A stretch of DNA of 64,000 nt from Candidatus Woesearchaeota archaeon (GTDB lineage Archaea; Nanobdellota; Nanobdellia; Woesearchaeales; GW2011-AR15). Below the pieces are notes generated by a model, which saw only the letters and a list, made by a program, of their open reading frames with translations, did no database searches and was not told where the DNA came from. Location: contig JAVZBY010000003.1 in NCBI GenBank assembly GCA_038874655.1, forward strand, positions 134,991-198,990, written 5' to 3'. The translations under genes and the position numbers were made by a program. Below are positions 11,001 to 20,200 of this stretch, in pieces; the stretch's first letter is position 1, and each line of letters starts with the position of its first letter.

Positions 11001-12880
11001 ATAACCCCAATCAACAAGATTCTGATAAAGATAATATCGGTGATGCTTGTGATGTTTGTCCATTTGATTCTTTAAATGATATTGATAATGATGGTATTTG
11101 TGGGAATATTGATAATTGCCCTTATAGATTTAATCCTCAACAAAATGACTGCAATAAAAATGATATTGGTGATGCTTGCGATACTAATTCAGAATGCTCA
11201 ATTGACTCTGATAAAGATGGAATTTTAGATGTTTACGATAATTGTCCCAATATATATAATCCCGAACAAAAAGATGATGATAAAGATGGAATTGGAAATG
11301 AATGCGATTTATTTAAAAATGATTTCTTTAATGATAAAGATAAAGACGGAATCTCTACTGAGATTGATAATTGTCCTTTTAATTATAATCCTGATCAAAA
11401 AGATTCAGATAATGATAAAAAAGGAGATGCTTGCGATATTTGTCCTTATGACCCATTAAACGATATTGATAGTGATGGTATATGTCATAATATACTAAAT
11501 AATATATCTCTTGACAATTGTCCTTTTAAATATAATCCTGAACAATTAGATTGTGATAAAAATGGAATTGGTGATGCTTGTGATTTAAACTCTAAATGTA
11601 TAGGTGATATAGATTTAGATAATATATTAGACACAAAAGATAATTGTCCTTTTAATTATAATCCTGATCAATTAGACCAAGATGGTGATGGTATAGGTGA
11701 TATTTGTGATATTTGTAAAAAAGATGCCTTTAATGATTTAGATAAAGATGGTGTTTGTGGAAATATCGATAATTGTCCAAATATATATAACCCAAATCAA
11801 CAAGATTCTGATAATGATAACATTGGTGATGCTTGTGATATTTGCCCTTACGATCCATTCAATGATATTGACAAAGATTTAATATGTGGTAATTTAGATA
11901 ATTGCTTAGAAACAAATAATCCTAAACAATTAGATTGCGATAAAAATGGAATTGGTGATGCTTGTGATTTAAACTCAAATTGCGTTAAAGATTATGATAA
12001 TGACAACATACTAGATTATTATGATAATTGTCCTGAAAGTTATAATCCAAATCAATTAGACTCTGATAAAGATAATATTGGTGATGCTTGTGATGTTTGT
12101 CCATTTGATCCTTTAAATGACATTGATAATGATGGTATTTGTAGTAATACAGATAATTGTCCAACTCTTTATAACCCAAATCAACAAGATTCTGATAATG
12201 ATAATATTGGTGATATCTGTGATCTTTGCCCAAATGATGAAAATAATGATATTGATGAAGATACAATTTGTGGCAACTTAGATAATTGCCCTTTTATAAA
12301 AAATCCTGGTCAAGAGCTTTGTGATTCTATAAACACTCAACAAATTATATTTGACAACAAATTAAAAATAAGATTAGATAACCTTTCAAGTTTAACAAAA
12401 AAAGGTGTATTCCTAAACATATCAAAAAATGAAGAGGAAAAATTAAAAAAATTAAAAGAAAACATAGAAATTGAAACAAAAGAATATTATATAGATAATA
12501 AAAAATTTACCAAATATAAAATAACAATTGACTCAAAAAATTTAAATAATTTATATTACTATCAAAATATTCCAAAATGCTTAGCTGAGAAAGCAGAAAA
12601 TCTATATTTTAATGGAAAGAATTATCGTATCATTGAAAATGATCCTCTAATTGCATGGCAATATTCTAACACTCTAGATAAAGTTGAAATTACCTATGAC
12701 ATTGAAGGAAGTATCTCTAAAGAATGTTTAGCACAATTAAAAGATTATATTTATTCTTCAACAATTAAAAATGAAAACAAAAAAAATATTTTATACATAA
12801 TAATACCTTTAATTTTAATTCCTTTAATAATTTTCATAGTTATTCTATTAGAAAAAATGCAAAAAACAGATAATAACTAA
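8093..12880 (+). CDS. giant surface protein: signal peptide, EGF-like Cys-rich modules, more than 15 thrombospondin type 3-like calcium-binding repeats, C-terminal TM anchor
   Basis: 1595 aa. Repeated DxDxDGxxDxxDNCP / DSDNDNIGDACDVCP motifs. C-terminal ILYIIIPLILIPLIIFIVILL hydrophobic anchor. N-terminal signal peptide. Confidence 0.8.
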   Translation: MKKKMIKKRLYFFLILVSFFLFFFINTIQFSNSQSLNYEKIGRSYFNSPNCYIYEDNSLKDGGCLCYENKIMGTGNEEDGLYSTCKSSNMDITQIETSSNECSKNCVSDQYYIRLCEFDGKNFNCKILEKLTDFPSIKEIEPILDENGNKKCSTDFYRNPGENNCYKYYLDPEKELCELQETSELEKCNCLDVNTVNCGFDELLKYCCKKEEFKNDPRCNCNILSIEIKGNEITCQESYKRPKKNSLNCEKLTKKDNSCVYLDVNNKECYDFELNNPNKRNGDLNCLSDQLYQLYNEECKNCESKFIYDVEEHKCYYKSPETFCTEKEVYICNCIDLLKENEKTCDNPFYQICNLECKNNEQKRCTKGYYRDSFNSDKCFIQKLENNICIETQVDPLNCLGIDGSNSCVNDKIKQMTDDCNKNCSGITYLRSKHNSNDCFVKSPDTDCEKKETDLENCLGIMGSNNCESDPIYNRYGNCERQDSDNDGIDDKFEKKECLNTKNNEPVNNDGCSCSQINCDDNNPCTDDYCENGRCIYKYNNNPCGEFRKCPSSQCESKYPYERWIEYPESGKDYCSEGKCLTYSCEIKSIKYSKYCDPDDDDDNDPDITDPYPEDPSRNTESEKEKQIICEKNAPNCELNLGICKDSKKQCINNEWLTCDKNNYGENYVLEEDNNLCDGLDNDCDGTIDENCECINNEIKECGINIGICKKGIQKCINGKWSTCENAIFPKNETCNNLDDDCDGLTDEDIYNSGDYTLKEECFINLCKGVKKCNSNCELFEDNDKDNYCTTIDNCPEISNTDQIDSDGDFIGDACDVCPFDPLNDIDNDGICSNTDNCPTLYNQNQQDSDNDNIGDACDVCPNDQLNDIDNDGICSNTDNCPLKYNPEQMDCDNNGIGDICDLNSLCVIDSDNDGIKDNKDNCPYISNSEQTDSDKDNIGDACDVCPFDSLNDIDKDGVCGNIDNCPNIYNPNQQDSDKDNIGDACDVCPFDSLNDIDNDGICGNIDNCPYRFNPQQNDCNKNDIGDACDTNSECSIDSDKDGILDVYDNCPNIYNPEQKDDDKDGIGNECDLFKNDFFNDKDKDGISTEIDNCPFNYNPDQKDSDNDKKGDACDICPYDPLNDIDSDGICHNILNNISLDNCPFKYNPEQLDCDKNGIGDACDLNSKCIGDIDLDNILDTKDNCPFNYNPDQLDQDGDGIGDICDICKKDAFNDLDKDGVCGNIDNCPNIYNPNQQDSDNDNIGDACDICPYDPFNDIDKDLICGNLDNCLETNNPKQLDCDKNGIGDACDLNSNCVKDYDNDNILDYYDNCPESYNPNQLDSDKDNIGDACDVCPFDPLNDIDNDGICSNTDNCPTLYNPNQQDSDNDNIGDICDLCPNDENNDIDEDTICGNLDNCPFIKNPGQELCDSINTQQIIFDNKLKIRLDNLSSLTKKGVFLNISKNEEEKLKKLKENIEIETKEYYIDNKKFTKYKITIDSKNLNNLYYYQNIPKCLAEKAENLYFNGKNYRIIENDPLIAWQYSNTLDKVEITYDIEGSISKECLAQLKDYIYSSTIKNENKKNILYIIIPLILIPLIIFIVILLEKMQKTDNN
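10440..12300 (+). repeat. in-frame tandem/dispersed DNA repeats encoding the TSP3-like units (129-bp period; ~100-bp perfect duplicate)
   Basis: 10889..10958 is identical to 11018..11087 (period 129 bp = 43 codons). 10522..10622 is identical to 12076..12176. Confidence 0.75.
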
Positions 12881-12918
12881 AAACATTAATTAAAATAATT
12901 TCTCTGAATGATTAATTA

Positions 12919-15405
12919 TTAATCAATAGAAACTCTAAGATTTTCACTTATAATTATATCTCCTTTTCCAAAATCAATATTCTTTGCATAACAAACTGCT
13001 TGAATATCCTCCAAAACTAACTCTAATTTTTTTCTTAAATCCTCTTTACAATCAATTATCAAAGAAATTTCATCTTTTAATGACATTCTTTTTGAGGATT
13101 TATATTTTCTTACTTCGCTTAATATTAAAACAACAAGGTCTCCAATAAGCTCTGACTCTTGATTAATAAAGTTTTCATTAAATTCTGGCCATTTTGTTAA
13201 ATGAATGCTTAATTTTTCTTTACTATTATTTTGTCTATTACTAAAATATTGATGATATATCTCTTCTGTTATAAAAGGCATTATAGGCGCAATTAATTTT
13301 AATATTGTTAACAAAGATTCATAAAGAGTAAATTTAGCCGATTCTAGTTCATATTCTTCATACTTATTTGAATTATACAATCTATCCTTCACTAATTCTA
13401 AATAATTATCACAAAAAACATTCCAAAAGAAAATTTCAATCTCTTGTTTTGCTTTTGAATATTCATAATTTTCAAAACTTTCTGTACAATTTTTTATAAC
13501 CTTTTGTAATTTTGAGAGAAGCCATTTATCAATCTCGTTTAAATTATCATAAACTATCTTTATTTTTTTAATATCAAAATCCTTTAAATGCATTATAACA
13601 AATTTACTTGCATTCCACAACTTTGTAATCATTTTCTTTCCTGTTATTAAATCTTTTTCTTGGAAAGGCAAATCATCTCCTAATTTTGAACCAGCAGCCC
13701 AAAATCTTAAAGCATCTGCACTATATTTTTCAATCATTTCTTGAGGTGCTATAACATTACCCTTGCTTTTAGACATTTTTTTTCCATGTGGATCTAACGC
13801 CCAACCAGAAATCATTACATTTTTCCATGGATTTTTATTATAGTGCAATTGACTTTTAACTAAGGTATTAAACAACCAAAATGTTATAATATCATGTGCT
13901 TGTGGTCTTAAATCCATTGGAAATAATTTTTCATAATTTTTAGTTCCTTTAACTAATTCAATTGCTAAAATTGGTGTCAATGATGAAGTTGCCCATGTAT
14001 CCAATACATCTTTTTCTGGAACAAACTCATTAGAATTACATTTTGGACATTCTTTTATTGGACAATCTGTCTCAATTGGATCTACAGGCAACATAGATTC
14101 ATCTGCAACAACTTCATAATCACACTTTTTACAATACCACACTGGAAAAGGAACTCCAAAAAATCTTTGCCTAGAAATACACCAATCCCATTGTAAACCA
14201 TCAATCCAATTAATTAATCTTGACTTCATAAAATCAGGATACCATTTTAATTTCAAGCCATCTTTTTTAAACTCATCTTTTAAATCCAAATATTTAATAA
14301 ACCATTGTTTTGTATTTAAAATTTCAATTGGCGTGCCACATCTCTCATGAACATTAACATTATGCTTTATTTGCTTTTGATTTACTAGTAATGCCTTTTC
14401 TTTTAAATCTTTAATAATTTCTTTTCTTGCTTCTGTTATGTTTAAACCTTGATACTTTCCTGACAATTCAGTCATTTTTCCGTCTTTGGTTATAGAAATT
14501 CTTAAAGGTAAATTATATGCTTTAAACCATTCAATATCTGTTTGATCTCCAAATGTACAACACATAACACAACCAGTTCCTTTTTCCATATTAACTCTTT
14601 CATCACTAAGAATTTGAACAACATGTTCAAATATTGGAACTTTTGCCTTTTTTCCAACATATTTCTTATATCTCTTATCATCTGGATGCACAAAAACAGC
14701 AACACAACTACTTAATAATTCAGGTCTTGTAGTTGCTATAATTAAATCTTCAACTTCATTAAAGTTTTCATCAACAATCTTAAAAATAATATCATTAAAA
14801 GTGCTATCTAATTCTTTATCTTCTAATTCCACTTGTGCAATTGCTGTCTGACACTCTGGACACCATATTGTAGGACTTTCTTTTCTATACTCTCTACCTT
14901 TTTTATATAATTCAACAAACGACTTTTGACTTATTTTTCTACAATGACCATTTATAGTTGAATAAAACAAACTAAAATCACAACTCATGCCTATATTTTT
15001 CCAATCTTGCACAAAATCAGGTCTTATTTCATTTAAGGTTTCTAAACACAAATTTATAAAATCACTTCTTTTCATTTTGACTGCTTTAACATTCTTGATT
15101 TTCTCAATTAATCTCTCTGTAGCTAAACCATTATCATCAGTTCCAAATGGATAAAACACATTTTTTCCTTTCATTCTTTGATATCTTGCAATAAAATCTT
15201 GCTGTGAATAAGAAAAAGCATGTCCTAAATGCATTTTTCCAGAAACAGTAGGTGGTGGCGTATCAATAACAAATAACTCTCTTGTATCATCATTAGCATC
15301 AAATCCATAGATTTTATTTTCTTCCCAGTATTTTTGCCATTTTTTTTCAGCTTCTTTTGGCTCATATGAATTTTTACTTTCTTGACTTTGTTCCATAATA
15401 ATCAT
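12919..15405 (-). CDS. valS: valyl-tRNA synthetase (class I aaRS)
   Basis: HIGH region TPPPTVSGKMHLGHA, KMSKS motif, WCISRQRFFGVPFPVWYC editing/CP1 junction typical of ValRS. 828 aa. Confidence 0.65.
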   Translation of the reverse strand: MIIMEQSQESKNSYEPKEAEKKWQKYWEENKIYGFDANDDTRELFVIDTPPPTVSGKMHLGHAFSYSQQDFIARYQRMKGKNVFYPFGTDDNGLATERLIEKIKNVKAVKMKRSDFINLCLETLNEIRPDFVQDWKNIGMSCDFSLFYSTINGHCRKISQKSFVELYKKGREYRKESPTIWCPECQTAIAQVELEDKELDSTFNDIIFKIVDENFNEVEDLIIATTRPELLSSCVAVFVHPDDKRYKKYVGKKAKVPIFEHVVQILSDERVNMEKGTGCVMCCTFGDQTDIEWFKAYNLPLRISITKDGKMTELSGKYQGLNITEARKEIIKDLKEKALLVNQKQIKHNVNVHERCGTPIEILNTKQWFIKYLDLKDEFKKDGLKLKWYPDFMKSRLINWIDGLQWDWCISRQRFFGVPFPVWYCKKCDYEVVADESMLPVDPIETDCPIKECPKCNSNEFVPEKDVLDTWATSSLTPILAIELVKGTKNYEKLFPMDLRPQAHDIITFWLFNTLVKSQLHYNKNPWKNVMISGWALDPHGKKMSKSKGNVIAPQEMIEKYSADALRFWAAGSKLGDDLPFQEKDLITGKKMITKLWNASKFVIMHLKDFDIKKIKIVYDNLNEIDKWLLSKLQKVIKNCTESFENYEYSKAKQEIEIFFWNVFCDNYLELVKDRLYNSNKYEEYELESAKFTLYESLLTILKLIAPIMPFITEEIYHQYFSNRQNNSKEKLSIHLTKWPEFNENFINQESELIGDLVVLILSEVRKYKSSKRMSLKDEISLIIDCKEDLRKKLELVLEDIQAVCYAKNIDFGKGDIIISENLRVSID

Positions 15406-15495
15406 CCTTTATAAATAAAATTATTTATTATGATTATAAAATTATTTAAAAAAATAAAATAAAATTTATTAAAAAACTTTCTTTTTTTTATAAAA

Positions 15496-16059
15496 ATGAA
15501 ATCTAATTTAGAAAAAATTTTTAAAAGAGTAAAAGAAAAAAAAACCTTTTTTCTTATATTAATCATAATATTACTAATTTTTTTTATCTACTTAAATTTA
15601 ATCAAACAAATACTCTTTTCTGCAATAATAATAGCAATAGCCTCAATAACAAAAATATACCATAAATTTATAAAAACAACATTAAGCATTGACTTAATCT
15701 TTTTTTCTACACTATTAATATGTTTCGCCTACAAAAATTTTATTTTAAGCATAACTTTTTCTTTAATTGGATTAATAATTGCAGATTATTTAGCCCAAAA
15801 ATTAAACCAAAACACATTAATAAGTGCCTTTACACTTATTTTAACAATATTATTTTTTAATCTTTTAAATAGTTTAAAAATTGATATTATAATTATTGCT
15901 ATATTTTTAATGCTATTATATGAGATTTTAGCCTCGTTTTTATACAATCTAATTGGAAGTTCAAAGGATAAAATAGTATTATTTTTTATCTCACACTTTT
16001 TAACAAATTTATTTCTTATTTTAAATTATTTAAAACAAATCTTAGAATTAATCTCTTAA
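15496..16059 (+). CDS. hypothetical polytopic membrane protein
   Basis: 187 aa, 5 to 6 hydrophobic segments. Confidence 0.4.
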   Translation: MKSNLEKIFKRVKEKKTFFLILIIILLIFFIYLNLIKQILFSAIIIAIASITKIYHKFIKTTLSIDLIFFSTLLICFAYKNFILSITFSLIGLIIADYLAQKLNQNTLISAFTLILTILFFNLLNSLKIDIIIIAIFLMLLYEILASFLYNLIGSSKDKIVLFFISHFLTNLFLILNYLKQILELIS

Positions 16060-16108
16060 TAATATAAAATAAAGACCTAAAAAATAAGAAATTAAAATTT
16101 TTAAAAAT

Positions 16109-17191
16109 CTAAGGATTTACTTTAACCTCTACATTTACTCCTTTTTCTGTTTGAACAACTACCTTAGGTTTATCCTGATTATCATTTTTATTATTAGTCT
16201 CTTCTTTTACTTCTTTTTTCTCATTTTGTTGCTTCTTCTTTTTTTTAATACTTTTTTGCTCTTTTTTATTTGAATTTATTTCTTTTTTCTTATTTTTACT
16301 ATTTTTTTGTTTTGTTTCTTTTTTTACACTTTTTTGTGTTTTATTATCCTTTACTTTTGTTTCTTTTAATTTTTGTGTACCCTCTTTTTTTAATTGTTTT
16401 TCCAACTTAACTAGTTCTTTTTCTACATCACTAAAGCTAGATTTTTTATTGCTTTTTTTAGCATTTGTTTTTTTAACTTTTGATTTTTTTGCTTCTTTTT
16501 TATTTGATTTTACTTTTTTCTTCTTTTGAGATTTTCCTGATTTTTTAACTTTTTTATCTGAAGATTCTGTTTTATGGTGTATAATTATTGGTTTTTCAAC
16601 AACTTTAACAACACTCTCTTTTACCTCACTCTCTTTTACATTAGTTTGTTCTTTAAGTTGATTCGCCTCTTTACTTTCTTCATCTTTTTTTGGTTCAGGT
16701 ATCTTCAATTCATCTGTAGAATCTAATAATTTTTTATCTTCTTTATAATAGTCCTTATATTTCATAATATCTTTTAAAACCATATCAACTAGATTATTAT
16801 CTTTCCATCCTTTTGATTCTAAATTTTGCTTTATTTGTTCAGAACTATATCCTTTATTCATTGCCCATATAACATAGTTCATTATTTTATATAAATCAGG
16901 AGCCAACCTCTTTAAATATAATGTTTCTGTGTCATCTTCTAATTCTTGTATTTCTTGTTCAAATTTACTTAAATCTGTTGATTCTTCTGTTTCAAATCTT
17001 CTAATCTCATCTAAATCCTTTTTTTCTTCTTCTGCTAATTTTTCTAATTGCATTAATTCTTCTTGCTCTTCAGTAGTCATTCTTTGTAATTTTTGCAGCT
17101 GAACTAAAATTATAACAAGCAAGATTAAAAATAATATCACTAACATAAAGAAAATTTCAGGTAAAGGCATATTTACTCCAAATACTAACAT
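16109..17191 (-). CDS. membrane-anchored protein with acidic coiled-coil region and extremely Lys-rich C-terminal tail
   Basis: N-terminal TM FFMLVILFLILLVIILV, then EEQEELMQLEKLAEEEKK, then ~150 aa of KKVKKSGKSQKKKKVKSNKKEAKK-type sequence. Confidence 0.55.
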   Translation of the reverse strand: MLVFGVNMPLPEIFFMLVILFLILLVIILVQLQKLQRMTTEEQEELMQLEKLAEEEKKDLDEIRRFETEESTDLSKFEQEIQELEDDTETLYLKRLAPDLYKIMNYVIWAMNKGYSSEQIKQNLESKGWKDNNLVDMVLKDIMKYKDYYKEDKKLLDSTDELKIPEPKKDEESKEANQLKEQTNVKESEVKESVVKVVEKPIIIHHKTESSDKKVKKSGKSQKKKKVKSNKKEAKKSKVKKTNAKKSNKKSSFSDVEKELVKLEKQLKKEGTQKLKETKVKDNKTQKSVKKETKQKNSKNKKKEINSNKKEQKSIKKKKKQQNEKKEVKEETNNKNDNQDKPKVVVQTEKGVNVEVKVNP

Positions 17192-17276
17192 TAACTATCA
17201 CCTCTTTTATAATAAATAAAGTTATCTTTATAAATTTTTATAAAATTTAAAAAAATTAAAATAAAAAAATAAACAA

Positions 17277-20200
17277 CTAAGATTCTAAATCAACACTAGA
17301 TTCTGCTACTTTATTAATGATCCTGAAACTACCTCCTTTGTATAGATAAGCATTTATCTTATAATTAATTCCTTCTCTTACACAATAGGGGTTTGATAGT
17401 AAAGGCTCAATTACTATACCTTGAATATAAACACTTCTCATATAATCCACAATAACGCTTTTTCCGAATATAGTAGATGGATCATGTATATCTAACTCTA
17501 TATCTGAATAACCTTCATAATCTCTGTTATTTACTATATAATATAAATCATAACATACCATGTTTCCTTTATTGAATCTAGAATCTGGCATTGCTCTTAT
17601 CTCAAATTCTGGAATCACAACTTCTAACTCAATATCTTTTTGAGCTAAAAGATCATTATTGTTTTTTATATATAATTTTAATATTGCTTTACTTGAAGTA
17701 TAATCCTTTACTAAAACAACAAAATTAATCTCTTTTTCTTCTCCAGCAGTAATTTTTTTGATAATTAGATTATTATTTTTTACATCTATTTTATTTGGCG
17801 CTTCTAAAGAAATAACTAAATCTTCTAACTCTCTATTTAGATTGTTTTTTAATTTTACTTTTACTAAAACAGAATCTAATACATTAACAACATTTTTAGT
17901 ATTAATAGTTATTGTAAATAACTCTTCATTAAGTAGACAGTTTTCATCTACTTGTCCATTACAGTTATCGTCTATATTATTACATAATTCCATTCTTCCT
18001 GGATTTATATTATAATCATTATCATTACAATCATTACTACCTGAACATGTGCTTAAAATTTTATAATAACCATCATTATCTAAATCTACACAAACAGGTT
18101 GTTGATTTTGTGTTGTTGGTTTATAACATAATTTTGTATTTGAATTGCATAATAATCCACTCTTACAAGAATCTCTTTTTTCATAACAATCTTCGCATGC
18201 ACAACCCTCGCCTATTTCACATTCTCCGTTTGGTTGCCCTATACATCCTTTTTTGCCGCCATGATTTTCACATGTTGCATCACAAGTATTATCATTACAT
18301 AAAACAGTTCCTTCATCACAATAATAAGTTCTATCTTCTACACACAAAGAAGTGAAATAATTACACTTTGCTCCTAAAACACAACCGTCTCTTAAATCAT
18401 GACAATCTTTACAACCACATCCTTCTCCTAATTGACAGAAACCATCTTCAACAATGCAACCTTTAACACCTCCATGATTAGCACATGTTTCATTACAGGT
18501 ATTATCATTACATAAAGTTGTTCCAACAGGACAACCACATAAACCAAAAGAACAAATAGCTCCTTGAACACAACTATCTTGTTTGTTTCTACAATCTTCG
18601 CAAGCACATCCTTCTCCTATTTCACATTTTCCGTTTCTATTTATACAACCTGCAAAACCACTATCTGTTTCTAGACAATTTCTACTACATGTTCCGTCTT
18701 TACATAATGCTGTTCCAGGCAAACATTGTTTAAATGCATCATTGCAATTACTACCATTCCAAACACAACCAAATTGTGTTAATGATGCCCTACAAGGATC
18801 AAAAACACATGAAATCTCATTAGTATAGTTTGAACATTTCATATTACTTTTACAATTTTCACAATAATCCCCTAAATTACTTGTTGGGAATAAAGCATCA
18901 AAAATAGTGCTTGTATTTATCCAATAACCCCCACAATCAAATAAACATTTCTCTGCACTACAACCTTCTAAAAAAGGAGGTATTATTGTTTGTTTCCCAC
19001 AATTTTCTGGCTTATCACATCCACTTGTACATAAAGGATTAGAATAACTAAATGGATTTGTTATTGGATTAATTTTACGCTGTGTTAAATATACTTTTCT
19101 CAAATTAACTAAACCTTCAAAATTAACATTGAAATTCATTACTGAATCAGTTTTTATAACTAAACAATCTAAATCATTTTTAACTTTTGATAAGTACAAT
19201 ACTTCTTTATTATTATCTCTTAATTGATAACTATCTTGGTTTAAATCAAAATTATTTAATTCTTTAACAAGCATAGATTTTTCTGAATTTATCCTTATAG
19301 TAATATTGTGTTGAATACTATCGTCTGAATAAGTACAAACAAAATAATTACAATTTGAATCCCATATATATACTCCATAACCCTGCAAAAACTCTGGTTC
19401 ATCAATTAAACCATCGCAATCATTATCAACACCATCATTTAATGTACTTTCAAAATTTTCTGTTTTTACACAAGGTAAAGAACATTTTTCATTAAGATAA
19501 TCACATACTAATCCCTGTGCACAACTATCTTTTTTATTAGAGCAATCTACACATGCACAACCTTCTCCTTCTTCACATATGCCATTTCTTATATTACAAC
19601 CCTTTGATGCTGTATCAGTTTCTTTACAATTTTCACTACATGTCCCCTCTTGGCATAGTGTTGTTCCTAAAGGACATTGACATAAGAAATTAGTATCACA
19701 AACAGCACCTAAAACACATCCATCTTGTTTTCCTAAACAATCTGAACATGCACACCCTTCTCCTTCTACACAATTTCCATCTGGATCACCAATACAACCC
19801 ATAAAATCTGTATCTGTTTCTTTACAATCTGAACTACATGTTCCATCTTGACATAAACCTGTTCCTACTGGACAACCTTTTAATTCACAACTACATGTGT
19901 TTAAATTACATGTTTTACCTTCACCACAATCTTGATCATTACCACATTGTGCCCCACATTTATTCTTTACACACTTGGGTAAATCATATAAACAGTTACA
20001 ATCTGCACATCCTATTCTTTGTGAAACTTTTTTACTATTTTGTGAACACAAAAATTCATTGCAATTATTGCCAAAAACAGGTCGATTATTTATAACATCA
20101 CATTCTTCTACTGATTCTAGTTTTTCATTACCACATATATTAACATTTTCACCTACACAACTATTACAACTCATAACATCTGCATCTGTTATAGCACCAT

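Noticed and set aside
10815-11063. Antisense ORFs inside the giant-protein repeat region (10815..11063, 11985..12266, 9838..10080, 11229..11459 and others), with His/Tyr-rich products such as DKHHKHHRYYLYQNL
   Set aside because: They lie opposite a strongly supported 1595-aa ORF. Their periodic His/Tyr composition is simply the reverse-frame reading of the repeated GAT/AAT-rich TSP3 codons.
10440-12300. Possibility that the regular ~129-bp repeats are a CRISPR array
   Set aside because: The repeats are in-frame coding sequence of one long ORF. The period is a multiple of 3, there are no short unique spacers, and no cas genes are present.
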